Counted from the stretch's first letter, positions 28,750 to 39,288 are shown. The stretch is DNA of 64,000 bases from an uncultured Lachnospiraceae bacterium (GCA_944383855.1 CALWRB010000034.1:425-64424); one strand, 5' to 3'. Translations and numbers: made by a program. Notes: generated by a model from the sequence alone, not told the origin.

Positions 28750-30351
28750 ATGATGAGTCAATGGGAGGCAATCCAAAAACGTCGTATTTTCGGCATTATC
28801 TCTCACCCGGACGCGGGTAAAACCACATTAACCGAAAAATTATTGCTGCACGGCGGTGCCATTCGTGAAGCTGGCACCGTCAAAGCCAGAAGAAACGCAA
28901 AGTTCGCCAAAAGCGACTGGATGGAAATTGAAAAACAAAGAGGTATTTCCGTCACTTCTTCCGTCATGCAGTTTGAATATCAGGGGAAAGTGGTATCCAT
29001 CATGGATACCCCCGGTCATAACGACTTCGGTGAGGATACTTACCGTATCCTGACCTCTGTAGACAGCGCTGTGATGGTGATAGATGCCGCAAAAGGTGTG
29101 GAAGCGCAGACCGTCAAGCTTTTTAAAGTATGCAGCATGCGTAAAATCCCGATCTTTACGTTTATCAATAAATTAGACCGCCAGTCCAAAGATCCGCTGG
29201 ATTGTATGGCTGACTTGGAAGACGCACTGGGGCTTCCTTCCACCGCTGTCACATGGCCTATCGGCAATGGCTTGACCTTCGAAGGAATTTATGACCGTTT
29301 GGAAAACAAAGTCTATCTTTATAAACAAAAAGACGGTGTGATTGAACTGGGTGCAAACGGTGTATTCGGCGATACTTTGGAAGGTGTCATTTCCGATGCC
29401 AACTTAGACATTCTGCGCGGAGAAATGGAACTGTTAGACGGTGCCGGAAATCCATTCGATCTGACTGCGATCAAAGAAGGTAAACTTTCTCCCGTCTTTT
29501 TCGGCTCTGCTCTGGCAGATTTTGGTGTGACTGCCTTTCTGGAGCATTTTCTGGAATGGTCCCCCGCACCCGGCCCCAGAAAAACAACGACAGGTGAAGT
29601 ACAGCCTACGGATGACTTTTTCAGCGGCTTTATTTTTAAAATTCAGGCGAATATGAATCCGGCACACCGTGACCGCCTCGCGTTTTTCCGTATTTGTTCC
29701 GGTACCTTTACCCGTGGTATGAATGTCACACTCTCCCGTACGGGCAAGCAGATGAAACTCAGCCAATCCACGCAGCTGATGGCAAATGAGAGAGAAACCG
29801 TAGAAACCGCCATTGCCGGTGACATCATCGGTATTTATGACAGCGGAAACTACCAGATCGGTGATACACTTACCGATCGCAAGGAAAAGCTGTTTTTTGA
29901 GCCTCTGCCGACGTTCCCGCCGGAATTGTTCTGTCGTGTCCACCCGGTCAACAGCCTGAAGGCAAAACAGTTCCAAAAAGGTGTTCAGCAGCTGGCACAG
30001 GAAGGCGCGATCCAAGTTTATCATAACGAATTTAATGATGTTATTTTAGGTGCGGTTGGTCAGCTGCAATTTGAAGTATTTGAATACCGCCTGATGAACG
30101 AATACAACTCCGAGGTACGCATGGAGCCATTGGATTACAGCGTTGCCAGATGGGTTTCCCCTTCTGTAGAGAAAAAAGGAGACGAACTGAAGGAGCTTCT
30201 GGTTGCAAGAAGCACTTTGGTGTACGACCACTTCGAACGCCCTATTTTGTTATTCGCAAATCAATATACATTGCATAACTTTATGCAGAAACACCCGGAG
30301 ATCTCGTTGGTCGAAGCATTAGATGTGGACGACACCGCATACCAAGGCTAA
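28750..30351 (+). CDS. prfC: Peptide chain release factor 3
   Basis: GTPase motifs IISHPDAGKTTLTEKLL, DTPGHNDF and NKLD; 533 aa. Confidence 0.95.
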   Translation: MMSQWEAIQKRRIFGIISHPDAGKTTLTEKLLLHGGAIREAGTVKARRNAKFAKSDWMEIEKQRGISVTSSVMQFEYQGKVVSIMDTPGHNDFGEDTYRILTSVDSAVMVIDAAKGVEAQTVKLFKVCSMRKIPIFTFINKLDRQSKDPLDCMADLEDALGLPSTAVTWPIGNGLTFEGIYDRLENKVYLYKQKDGVIELGANGVFGDTLEGVISDANLDILRGEMELLDGAGNPFDLTAIKEGKLSPVFFGSALADFGVTAFLEHFLEWSPAPGPRKTTTGEVQPTDDFFSGFIFKIQANMNPAHRDRLAFFRICSGTFTRGMNVTLSRTGKQMKLSQSTQLMANERETVETAIAGDIIGIYDSGNYQIGDTLTDRKEKLFFEPLPTFPPELFCRVHPVNSLKAKQFQKGVQQLAQEGAIQVYHNEFNDVILGAVGQLQFEVFEYRLMNEYNSEVRMEPLDYSVARWVSPSVEKKGDELKELLVARSTLVYDHFERPILLFANQYTLHNFMQKHPEISLVEALDVDDTAYQG

Positions 30352-30365
30352 CAGGAAATAAAAAA

Positions 30366-30405
30366 AGGAGGCAAATGACTTTATTGTCACCGCCTCCCTT
30401 TTTTA
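30366..30405. terminator. Terminator hairpin after prfC
   Basis: AAAAAAGGAGGC...GCCTCCCTTTTTT. Confidence 0.75.
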
Positions 30406-30531
30406 TGAAATGAAAACTTTTCTCCTCGCAATTTCGGGTGCCTCGCAATTTTCTCTATGAAAAAACAAAATGAAAATTATTTGCCCCGCAAAAAAACCGT
30501 CGCTTCAAAGCGATGGTTTTGCTTTTTATCC

Positions 30532-31479
30532 TTAAATCAATGCCAATGTCCGCAGTCCCCAAACCATCACAAACATGGAAAGTGCGGAAAACGCCATGGA
30601 ATACACCAAAAATTCACCTGCCAACTCATAATCCGCGTTAAACTGTGTTGCCAGCTGGTAATTGGTGATCGCGCTGGGTGCGGAAAGGAAAATAAACAAC
30701 GGAATCAACTGATCGCCATGGAAATGGAACAGAGAAACCGCCGCCCATATAAACGGCAAAGGCATCAACAGTAATTTGACCGCAACCCCCACTGTAAGCA
30801 GCTTTGCGTGCTTTCTGGAAGAACGCATCTGAAACTGCCCACCCAAAAATAAAAAGGATAACGGTGTTGCGATCCCTGCCACATCTTTTCCCGCATCGTA
30901 TAGAAACTGCGGCATAGGCATAGAGATCGCATGGCAAATCAATCCCAAAATGATACCCCATAGAATCGGCATTTTCAACGCATTGATTGCGGCTTTTTTC
31001 ATATCCGGCTTTTCCCCTTCGTCCGAGAAAAAGGAATACACAAAAATTCCAATTACATTGAGCAGCGGCAATGTAACCGCCATCATGGAAGTTGCCATCG
31101 CGACACAAACCTCGCCCCCCAAGGACTGAGAAAAGCTTAAGCCGTACAGCATGAAATTACCACGATACATGGATTGTATCATAACGCTGACCTGCCGCTT
31201 ATCTTTCAAAACCTTCGGTACAATCAGCAAAAAAAGTCCCAAGCAGATAAAAATGTTCGCTACGGCAAATGCAATCACTTTAATATAGCCGGCATCTACC
31301 TGCCCTGCTTCATAAATATTGAAAAACACCAATACCGGCAAAAACAACTGAAAACACAGCTTATTGCCTTTTTTGATGAGGTCTTCTGTCAAAAAACCGC
31401 CTTTTCGCATAAAAATACCCAAAAGTACAATCGAAAAAGTAGGCGCTATGGCATTAAAGGCAAAAGCCAAATTTTCCAT
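30532..31479 (-). CDS. AEC (auxin efflux carrier) family transporter
   Basis: 315 aa, ten TM segments, N-terminus MENLAFAFNAIAPTFSIVLLGIF typical of AEC/malate-permease-like proteins. Confidence 0.8.
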   Translation of the reverse strand: MENLAFAFNAIAPTFSIVLLGIFMRKGGFLTEDLIKKGNKLCFQLFLPVLVFFNIYEAGQVDAGYIKVIAFAVANIFICLGLFLLIVPKVLKDKRQVSVMIQSMYRGNFMLYGLSFSQSLGGEVCVAMATSMMAVTLPLLNVIGIFVYSFFSDEGEKPDMKKAAINALKMPILWGIILGLICHAISMPMPQFLYDAGKDVAGIATPLSFLFLGGQFQMRSSRKHAKLLTVGVAVKLLLMPLPFIWAAVSLFHFHGDQLIPLFIFLSAPSAITNYQLATQFNADYELAGEFLVYSMAFSALSMFVMVWGLRTLALI

Positions 31480-31582
31480 TCTGCATTACCTCGACTTCCT
31501 ATCTCTTAGCAAGAAAAATCTTATGAATCACAGTTTAAGCCCTTTTTCTCTGAGAATCAATTCAAAAAAGCAGCAAACTGAC

Positions 31583-32332
31583 TTAAAACGAAACACTTTG
31601 CCCCGCTTTATTCCAAACAATGACCGTTTCATCCTCCTGGCGGAAACGCTCGACATCACGGCAGGACATACGATAATAGTTAAATCTATCATCTTCCGGA
31701 AAAGGAATATGGCAGATCACGATCGTCCTTGCTCCCAATACACTACGCAGAATTTCTCGTCCCTTCGGGTGATTATAAAACACCGGTGTCACAAAAGCAA
31801 TATCCGTTCTGACATCTCCACCTTGGCGATACGCCTGTACCAAATAATCCGCATCGGATAAAAACATCAATCGTTTTCCGCCTAAATCCAACTGAACACA
31901 TTGATTTGTCACATGATAAAATGCTTTATCCACATGACGCAGTGCTAAGCGTTTGACCGTCATGTTTTTTGCCGGGTGAAATTCCGCTTTACGGTCGAAT
32001 TCCAATGCTTTCTCACCGTAAACGGCAAGCGGTTCTTCCAAACCCTTTGCCCCCACTTCATTGGGCGGGAATAAAACCCCTTTTACACGATTGTGTGCCA
32101 TATATTCCATAAAATACGGACCATAAAAATGGTCATAATGCCAATGCGTAAACAAAAGGTAATCGATATTCGCCAATTCCCCTTTTCCCTCACGCATTTT
32201 TTCCCAAGTCTTTTTCGGTATATCGCTAAAATTACGGTTTAAGTCACAATAAATGCCATCGATCAAAAAACGCACGCCGTCATAACTGACCAAAACTCCC
32301 GCATTGCCTACCAAAGAAGCTGTTCCTCTCAA
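31583..32332 (-). CDS. MBL-fold metallo-hydrolase
   Basis: Contains the HxHxDH motif (FTHWHYDHF). TTG start with AAAGGAGAAGG upstream. Confidence 0.8.
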   Translation of the reverse strand: MRGTASLVGNAGVLVSYDGVRFLIDGIYCDLNRNFSDIPKKTWEKMREGKGELANIDYLLFTHWHYDHFYGPYFMEYMAHNRVKGVLFPPNEVGAKGLEEPLAVYGEKALEFDRKAEFHPAKNMTVKRLALRHVDKAFYHVTNQCVQLDLGGKRLMFLSDADYLVQAYRQGGDVRTDIAFVTPVFYNHPKGREILRSVLGARTIVICHIPFPEDDRFNYYRMSCRDVERFRQEDETVIVWNKAGQSVSF

Positions 32333-32468
32333 CTGTCCTTCTCCTTTCCGTAAAAAAAATATCTCTCTGCCTGTCCCCTGATGGTAACGCCAGACACAGA
32401 GATGTTTTTTTCATAAAAAAGGCATACGCCCGTCCAGCGGACGTATACCTTTTTTTCTTGATTACAAA

Positions 32469-32936
32469 TTATTTCTGCTTCGGAGCAAAGATGAATACTT
32501 CCAAATCTTCATCGTATCCTCTGCCCATTTCCACACCGTCAACCTCTGCAATTACAACGTCAACTGTCATCAGAACTTTATTGCCCTCGATCACATGACC
32601 GCCGTGACCTGTTCCGTGCTGATCGGACAGGCTGTAGTGAATGTGCAGCAATGTTTCGCCTTCATCATTGTGGCAAATCATACCGGACATACTAACCAAT
32701 TCGATCGGTCCTCTTAAAATAATCGGTTCACCATAGCCATAGCCGGCTTTTTTATCCTTCAAAGGAACAGGATTGAAGAACTGCGCACCATCCAAGCTGC
32801 CGATGGCAGTCAGAATGATACCGTCTTTGATTCCATAGTCGGCACAAATCTTTTCCAGTCCAAGAAGAACGTCTTCTCCGGGGCTCATACGAGCTGCAAC
32901 AATTCTTTTGATGTTTCCTTGTGCTGTTTTAATCAT
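32469..32936 (-). CDS. PPC (DUF296) domain protein
   Basis: 155 aa with MIKTAQGNIKRIVAARMSPGEDVLLGLEKICADYGIKDGIILTAIGSL..., the PPC/DUF296 fold signature. Start set at 32936 with AAAGGAG upstream. Confidence 0.7.
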   Translation of the reverse strand: MIKTAQGNIKRIVAARMSPGEDVLLGLEKICADYGIKDGIILTAIGSLDGAQFFNPVPLKDKKAGYGYGEPIILRGPIELVSMSGMICHNDEGETLLHIHYSLSDQHGTGHGGHVIEGNKVLMTVDVVIAEVDGVEMGRGYDEDLEVFIFAPKQK

Positions 32937-33175
32937 AATGGGTGCTCCTTTCTCTGAGGTCCTCGTTTGTAATATATCATTGATAGGAAAAAACCCTTTG
33001 GATAAAAAAGCAGACTCATTGCAGCTGCCTTTTTTATCAAAGGGTCTTCCCGGGAACACATAGGTAGGAAGAAAAAATCCGTTCCTGTTCTGTCCCTTTT
33101 GTATGTATATTTTTTGAGAGTTCTGCTGCCTTTCGGCAGCAGATGTATGAATGGAATACTATGAAATAGTAAACT

Positions 33176-34057
33176 TTACTTTACTTCAACGTCCATTGCT
33201 TTTTCGAAAACATGTACCAATGCACACTGGTCCAAATTGATTTCGCCCCACTCGTCCATCTGATGCATGCAATCATAAACCAGCTTGGATGCAGGAATCT
33301 CTACACCCATTTCATCTGCCAACTGCATAGCATTTTTGATGTCTTTGTAGTGTACCGCAATACGAGCACTGGGAGTAAAATCTCTGGAAATAATTTTCGG
33401 CACTTTGATGTCCATAACTGCATTCTGAGCAAAACCGCCTTTAATTGCATCAAAAAGCACCTGAGGATCCAGACCTGCTTTTTTCGCAAATGCAAATGCT
33501 TCGGATACTGCAATCAGATTGCAACCAACGATCATGTTATTTGCCAATTTTGCAACACTGCCGCAGCCACTCTGTCCCATATAGGTAACAGTGGAGCCCA
33601 TGCAATGCAACAGAGGTTCAACTTCATCAAATTTAGCCTTGTCACCACCGCACATAATAACCAAAGTGCCGGCTATTGCACCTGTTTCGCCACCGCTGAC
33701 AGGGGAATCGATCAGTGTAATGCCTTTTTCAGCTGCCTTGGGAGACAGTTCGCGGATGATGCCGGGTGCTGTGGAACCCATATCTACAATAATGGTACCA
33801 GCTTTTCCTTTTTCCAGAATCGCTTCCACATTGGATTTTACCAATTCATTGCTGGGCAAGCACAGGAAGATGATCTCGCATTTGTCGATAATTTCATCTG
33901 TGTTGTCAACAGCCTGTCCGCCAGCATCAATAAAACGCTGTCTTGCCTGCTCAAATACATCGAAACCGATAACTGGGCAGCCGCTTTTTTTCAAAAGGTT
34001 AGATGCCATAGGGAAACCCATAACACCCATACCGATATAACCAAGTGTTTTGCTCAT
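33176..34057 (-). CDS. Beta-hydroxyacid dehydrogenase family (3-hydroxyisobutyrate / tartronate-semialdehyde reductase-like)
   Basis: N-terminal Rossmann motif LGYIGMGVMGFPMASNL, 293 aa, typical length and layout for the family. Substrate unknown. Confidence 0.85.
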   Translation of the reverse strand: MSKTLGYIGMGVMGFPMASNLLKKSGCPVIGFDVFEQARQRFIDAGGQAVDNTDEIIDKCEIIFLCLPSNELVKSNVEAILEKGKAGTIIVDMGSTAPGIIRELSPKAAEKGITLIDSPVSGGETGAIAGTLVIMCGGDKAKFDEVEPLLHCMGSTVTYMGQSGCGSVAKLANNMIVGCNLIAVSEAFAFAKKAGLDPQVLFDAIKGGFAQNAVMDIKVPKIISRDFTPSARIAVHYKDIKNAMQLADEMGVEIPASKLVYDCMHQMDEWGEINLDQCALVHVFEKAMDVEVK

Positions 34058-34075
34058 TGTACCTGTTCTCCCTTC

Positions 34076-35797
34076 TTATTTATTAGGGATATGGATTGCT
34101 CTCTTCTCTGCTGCAAGAGCTGCCTCTCTTACTGCCTCAGTTACAGTAGGATGTGCATGAATTGTAGCAATGATATCCTCAACAGTTGCTTCCAAACCGA
34201 TTGCCAGTGCGCATTCACCGATCAAATCTGTTGCTCTGGGTCCAAGGATATGTACACCAAGTACTTCTTTATATTCCTTACCAATAATGAATTTGATTGT
34301 ACCAGCGCCACCGTTCATGATCAAGGATTTGCCGTTAGCCATCAGAGGGAATTTACCTACAGTGTATTCAATGCCCATTTCTTTTGCTTTTTCTTCTGTC
34401 AGACCAACACCTGCAAATTCAGGGTCTGTGTATACGCAAGAAGGATTGGTTGCGCCATCGTAAAGTGCTTCTTCGCCCATAGCGTTTTCAGCAGCTACTT
34501 CACCCTGTGCACTTGCAACGTGTGCCAGCATTACTTTGCCCAGGCAGTCACCGATTGCATAAACATTCGGTACGCTTGTTTCCATCTTGTCGTTTACTGT
34601 GATACGACCTCTGTCGTTTGCGATGCCAACTGCATCCAGATTCAAAGCAGCAGTATCTGTTCTTCTGCCGACAGCAACCAGAACTTTTTCTGCTTCAAAG
34701 GACTGCATTTTGCCGCCAACTTCAACATTTACTTTTGCGCCAACAGGAGAGTTTTCAACAGACTGTACTTTTGCGTCTGTCATGATCTTAACACCCTTCT
34801 GTTCCATCATTTTGCGCATCATAGCTGTCAATTCGCCATCCATCATAGGCAGCAGCTTGGGAGCAGCTTCTACAACAGTTACTTCAGTACCAAATTTGCT
34901 GTATGCAGTTGCCAGCTCGATACCGATAACACCGCCACCGATTACCAGCATGCTCTTCGGAATGCTTTCGAATGCCAAAGCGCCTGTGGAATCTACGCAG
35001 TTTGCATTTTCTTTTACGCCGGAGATCGGAGGGATTGCCGGAACAGAACCTGCAGCAATGATGATCTTGTCAAAAGTCATGTTTTCTTTGCTGCCGTCCT
35101 TCTTTGTTACAGCCAAAGTGTCTTTGGAAGCAAATGTTGCTTCGCCTTCTACTACTTTGATCTTGTTTGCTTTCATCAAACCTGTAACACCACTTACCAA
35201 CTGATTGGTAATAGCTGTTTTCTTTGCCTGTACCTTTGCCCAGTCAACGTTCTTTACTTCTACGTTGATACCGTAATCAGCCATTTCCTTTGCTTCTGTC
35301 AGAGCTTCTGCGGAGTGCAAAATAGCTTTGGTAGGGATACAACCAACATTCAGGCAAGTACCGCCCAGTTTGTTCTTTTCGATCAGAGTAACCTCAGCGC
35401 CCAACTGAGCTGCGCGGATCGCTGCAACGTAACCGCCGGGACCGCCGCCGATAACAGCCAGTTTTGTTTTGCCTTCTTTTTTAGGTGCTGCTGCTGCAGG
35501 TGCAGGAGCGGCTGCAGGTGCTGCTGCGGGAGCTGCCGCAGGTGCGCCAACCTGTTCGCCTGCTGCGCCGATATAAGCCAACAGACCTTTTACAGGTACA
35601 TCTTCGCCTTCCTGTGCAACGATCTTCAACAGAACGCCTTCTTCTTCACTTACTACTTCGCTTGTCAGCTTATCTGTGGTGATTTCCAGCAGGACATCGC
35701 CAACCTTTACAGCATCGCCTTCGTGTTTAAGCCATTTGGAAACAGTACCTTCCTCCATGGTCAAACCAAGCTGAGGCATCTTTACCTCTACTGCCAT
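34076..35797 (-). CDS. lpdA: Dihydrolipoyl dehydrogenase (E3) with a fused N-terminal lipoyl domain
   Basis: Residues 1-80 form a lipoyl domain ([11 protein letters not shown]), followed by an Ala/Pro linker. The flavoprotein disulfide reductase part has [17 protein letters not shown] and the redox-active [13 protein letters not shown]. Confidence 0.93.
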   Translation of the reverse strand: MAVEVKMPQLGLTMEEGTVSKWLKHEGDAVKVGDVLLEITTDKLTSEVVSEEEGVLLKIVAQEGEDVPVKGLLAYIGAAGEQVGAPAAAPAAAPAAAPAPAAAAPKKEGKTKLAVIGGGPGGYVAAIRAAQLGAEVTLIEKNKLGGTCLNVGCIPTKAILHSAEALTEAKEMADYGINVEVKNVDWAKVQAKKTAITNQLVSGVTGLMKANKIKVVEGEATFASKDTLAVTKKDGSKENMTFDKIIIAAGSVPAIPPISGVKENANCVDSTGALAFESIPKSMLVIGGGVIGIELATAYSKFGTEVTVVEAAPKLLPMMDGELTAMMRKMMEQKGVKIMTDAKVQSVENSPVGAKVNVEVGGKMQSFEAEKVLVAVGRRTDTAALNLDAVGIANDRGRITVNDKMETSVPNVYAIGDCLGKVMLAHVASAQGEVAAENAMGEEALYDGATNPSCVYTDPEFAGVGLTEEKAKEMGIEYTVGKFPLMANGKSLIMNGGAGTIKFIIGKEYKEVLGVHILGPRATDLIGECALAIGLEATVEDIIATIHAHPTVTEAVREAALAAEKRAIHIPNK

Positions 35798-36006
35798 TTT
35801 CTATTCCTCCCAACTATCTATTGCCGTCTTGAAAGCAGGAAAATCTTTTTCCGCTTCATTCAGTCAGTGATTTATTTATTGCCGCCGACCGACAAATTTC
35901 TCTGTCCTGCCGGCGGCAATCCAATATGTTTTTTCAATTCCTTTGTATCTCTCAAACCTGCTATGAGGTGCCTTTGTATTATCTCTATATCAGATTCAAT
36001 TAGAGA

Positions 36007-37275
36007 TTACAGCAAAATCTGCATAGGGTTCTCCAACAGGTCTTTGATTACCAGTTCGAATTTAGCAGCTGTTGCGCCGTCGATAACTCTGTGGTCAAAT
36101 GTGAAGGAAATACGCATTACCTGTTTCTTGAAGATGTTGCCTTCTTCGTCCATATCCAGTTCGCCCTGTACTGCGCAAACGCCCAGAATGCCGGAGTCAG
36201 GCTGGTTGATGATCGGGTCAAATGTTTCAACACCGAACATACCCAAGTTGGAAATGGAGAATGTGGAGCCTTTGTATTCATCCATCTGCAGTTTGTTGGA
36301 TCTTGCTCTTTCAGCCAGATCTTTTGCTGCAGCGGAGATTTCGCTCAAGCTCATCTTATCAGCATCTTTGATAACGGGAACGATCAGACCGTCATCCAAT
36401 GCAACTGCCATACCAATGTTGACATGTGCACGTCTGATGATCTTGTCGCCATCTACGCTAACCAAGATGTGTTTGTTTGCTTTCAAAGCTTTTGCAGTTG
36501 CTTTGATTACATAGTCGTTCAGAGAGTATTTTACGCCAAGTTCTTCGTTAACCTGCTTGCGGAAAGCCATCAGCTTTGTAACGTCGATCTTTACGTTCTG
36601 TGTTACAGTAGGGTTCTCGTACTGAGACTTGAACATTCTTTCTGCAACAACTTTTCTCATGCCAGTCATCTTGTCTACAACATCGCCATCCATCAGTTCC
36701 AGACCGGTAGCCTGAGGCATGGAAACTGCTGCAGGAGCTGCTGCAGGTGCTGCTGCGGGTGCAGGAGCTGCTGCAGGTGCATTCTTAGCTGCTTCAGCTG
36801 CAGCCAAAATGTCTTTCTGCACGATACGACCTGCTGTACCTGTGCCCTGAATGTTTGTGTAATCAACACCCAGTTTTGCAGCAGTCTTTCTTGCCAAAGG
36901 AGAAATTTTGATACGTCCACCTGCGGGTGCTGCTACAGGAGCAGGTGCTGCTGCGGGTGCAGCTGCAGCTGCGGGAGCTGCCTCTGCTGCAGGTGCTGCT
37001 GCGGGTGCAGGAGCTGCTGCGCCGCCAACTTCTTCGCCTGCTTCACCGATGTATGCCAGAAGACCTTTTACAGGAACATCTTCGCCTTCCTGTGCAACAA
37101 TCTTCAACAAAACGCCATCATATTCACTTTCTACCTCGCTGGTCAGCTTATCTGTTGTAATTTCAAGGATCACTTCACCAGCTTTTACGGTATCGCCTTC
37201 CTGCTTGAGCCACTGTGTAACGGTACCTTCTTCCATTGTCAGGCCAAGCTGGGGCATCTTTACTTCAAAAGCCAT
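36007..37275 (-). CDS. Dihydrolipoamide acyltransferase (E2)
   Basis: Lipoyl domain ([11 protein letters not shown]), Ala/Pro linker, E1/E3-binding domain (ISPLARKTAAKLGVD), second linker, and a catalytic domain with DHRVIDGA. Confidence 0.93.
   Translation of the reverse strand: MAFEVKMPQLGLTMEEGTVTQWLKQEGDTVKAGEVILEITTDKLTSEVESEYDGVLLKIVAQEGEDVPVKGLLAYIGEAGEEVGGAAAPAPAAAPAAEAAPAAAAAPAAAPAPVAAPAGGRIKISPLARKTAAKLGVDYTNIQGTGTAGRIVQKDILAAAEAAKNAPAAAPAPAAAPAAAPAAVSMPQATGLELMDGDVVDKMTGMRKVVAERMFKSQYENPTVTQNVKIDVTKLMAFRKQVNEELGVKYSLNDYVIKATAKALKANKHILVSVDGDKIIRRAHVNIGMAVALDDGLIVPVIKDADKMSLSEISAAAKDLAERARSNKLQMDEYKGSTFSISNLGMFGVETFDPIINQPDSGILGVCAVQGELDMDEEGNIFKKQVMRISFTFDHRVIDGATAAKFELVIKDLLENPMQILL
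36745..37020 (-). repeat. 30-bp perfect direct repeat in the two Ala/Pro linker-coding segments of E2
   Basis: AGGTGCTGCTGCGGGTGCAGGAGCTGCTGC occurs at 36745..36774 and 36991..37020, an offset of 246 bp that keeps the reading frame. Related GCTGCxGG repeats are also present in the E3 linker (about 35484..35545). Confidence 0.85.
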
Positions 37276-37303
37276 GTTTTTCCCTCCTATACTATTTCGT
37301 AAC

Positions 37304-38284
37304 TTATTTGTTTAAAACTTTTTTCACTGCTTTTACGATATCTGCGGGGTGAGGGAAGTTTTCGTCTTCCAGTGTAGGGCTGAAAGGAGAAACAATGTTC
37401 AGGCCGCAAACACGCTCAACGGGAGCGTCCAGTTCGTCAAACAGTTCTTCTGCAATCTGTGCAGACAGTTCACCTGCATAGCTACCTCTCTTCACTTCCT
37501 CAGAAACAACAATTACGTTGTGTGTCTTGGAAACAGAAGCAACGATAGCTTCCCAATCCAGAGGAACCAGAGTTCTCAGGTCAAGTACTTCAACGCTGAT
37601 GCCTTCTTTTTCCAGCTCAGCAGCAGCTTCCAGAGCGAAGTTTACTTCACGGCTCCATGTGATGATAGTCAGATCTGTACCTTCTCTCTTAACAGCAGCT
37701 TTGCCCAGAGGAATTGTATATTCGCCTTCGGGAATTTCCTCTTTTTTCGCATACAGCAGTTTGTGCTCCATGCAGATAACGGGATCGTCGTCACGAATAG
37801 CGGATTTCAAAAGACCCTTTGCATCTTCAGCAGAGCAAGGAGCAATTACTTTCAGACCGGGCATATGGCAGAACAGGTTCTCAAAGCACTGAGAGTGCTG
37901 ACCTGCGTTTCTTCTACCTGCACCCATAGGTACACGCAGTACCATAGGAACAGTTGCCTGTCCACCTGTCATATATCTCATTTTTGCGGCCTGGTTGAAA
38001 ATAGGGTCAGCTGCAACTGTGATAAAGTCGTTATACATCAATTCAACAACAGGACGCATACCTCTCATAGCTGCTCCCACTGCCATACCGCAGAAACCGG
38101 ATTCGGAAATAGGTGTGTCCCATACTCTGTGTGCACCGAATTCTTCCTGGAAGCCAACGGTGATACCGAATACGTTACCCATTTTACCCATATCTTCGCC
38201 GAGAATGATAACATTCTCGTCTCTTGTCATTTCTTCGTGCAGAGCTTCACCGATTGCTTTACTTACGCTGATTTTTTTGCTCAT
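37304..38284 (-). CDS. 2-oxoacid/acetoin dehydrogenase E1 component, beta subunit
   Basis: 326 aa, transketolase-like Pyr and C-terminal domains, following the E1 alpha gene with a 4-nt overlap. Confidence 0.92.
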   Translation of the reverse strand: MSKKISVSKAIGEALHEEMTRDENVIILGEDMGKMGNVFGITVGFQEEFGAHRVWDTPISESGFCGMAVGAAMRGMRPVVELMYNDFITVAADPIFNQAAKMRYMTGGQATVPMVLRVPMGAGRRNAGQHSQCFENLFCHMPGLKVIAPCSAEDAKGLLKSAIRDDDPVICMEHKLLYAKKEEIPEGEYTIPLGKAAVKREGTDLTIITWSREVNFALEAAAELEKEGISVEVLDLRTLVPLDWEAIVASVSKTHNVIVVSEEVKRGSYAGELSAQIAEELFDELDAPVERVCGLNIVSPFSPTLEDENFPHPADIVKAVKKVLNK

Positions 38285-39288
38285 CTTACAACACTCCTTT
38301 CATTGTCTGAAGAATATACATCTGTAGTTGCTTCAGAAGGATCGGGGTAATCAGACTCGTTAGCGAATTTGTAAGCAGCTTCGATTTCTTCATCTACTGC
38401 TTTTTCAATTGCAACCAGTTCTTCTTCAGTAGCTGTACCCTGCTCCAGCAGTTTCTTACGGAAGTTCGGGATAGCATCTTTTTCGTGTGCGTGTTCCATA
38501 TATTCAGCAGGACGATATACTGCAGGGTCGCCGCAGTAGTGTCCCTGGTGACGGAATGTCAAGCATTCTACGATAGAAGGACCATTGCCTTCTCTTGCAT
38601 AATCAACAGCTTTCTTTACTGCTTCATATACTGTTACGGGGTCGTTGCCGTCAACTGTTTCACCGGGGATATCGTATGCTTTTGCACGAACTGCGATAGT
38701 GTCTGTATTTGTTACACCGTGGATATCGGTGGAAACACCATAGCTGTTGTTTTCGCAAAGATATACAACAGGCAGTTTCCAAGCTGCAGCCATGTTAATA
38801 GCCTCGTGGAATGTACCCTGGTTGGAAGCGCTATCGCCGAAGAAGCACAGAGTTACATGTTTGTCACCCCAGATCTTGGAAGCGAATGCGGAACCAGTAG
38901 CGATAGGGATACCTGCACCAACGATACCGTTTGCGCCCAGAGAGTGCAGACCAGCTACATCAGCAATGTGCATGGAACCACCTTTGCCTTTGCAGTAACC
39001 TGTTTTCTTACCAAACAGTTCTGCCAGCATTTTGTCTGTGTCAGCACCTTTTGCGATGCAGTGACCATGACCACGGTGTGTACTTGCCATGTAGTCTTCG
39101 GGTTCCAGAGCCATGCAAGCACCTGTAGGAACAGCTTCCTGACCGATGCAAAGATGGATGTTACCTGCCAACATGCCTTTTGTGAAGCACTCAGCTGCTT
39201 TAGACTCGAATCCTCTGATACGCAGCATCATTTGGTACATGTCCAAAAGCATTTCCTTTGAATATTTTTTCTTACTCAATGAAATCAC
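38281..39288 (-). CDS. 2-oxoacid/acetoin dehydrogenase E1 component, alpha subunit (TPP-binding)
   Basis: TPP motif GDSASNQGTFHEAINMAAAWKLPVVYLCENN. The exact start is uncertain (GTG 39288 or a nearby TTG). Confidence 0.9.
   Translation of the reverse strand: MISLSKKKYSKEMLLDMYQMMLRIRGFESKAAECFTKGMLAGNIHLCIGQEAVPTGACMALEPEDYMASTHRGHGHCIAKGADTDKMLAELFGKKTGYCKGKGGSMHIADVAGLHSLGANGIVGAGIPIATGSAFASKIWGDKHVTLCFFGDSASNQGTFHEAINMAAAWKLPVVYLCENNSYGVSTDIHGVTNTDTIAVRAKAYDIPGETVDGNDPVTVYEAVKKAVDYAREGNGPSIVECLTFRHQGHYCGDPAVYRPAEYMEHAHEKDAIPNFRKKLLEQGTATEEELVAIEKAVDEEIEAAYKFANESDYPDPSEATTDVYSSDNERSVVR

Noticed and set aside
33212-36514. 1100-aa plus-strand ORF spanning the antisense of three genes (beta-hydroxyacid DH, E3, E2) and two intergenic spacers
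   Set aside because: It has the same codon-bias explanation, and the product (C/F/S/N-rich) looks like nonsense with no start context. It is noted only as an indicator of strong codon bias. The same reasoning applies to the antisense ORFs at 36091..37302, 37349..38350, 38485..39261 and 40664..41635.
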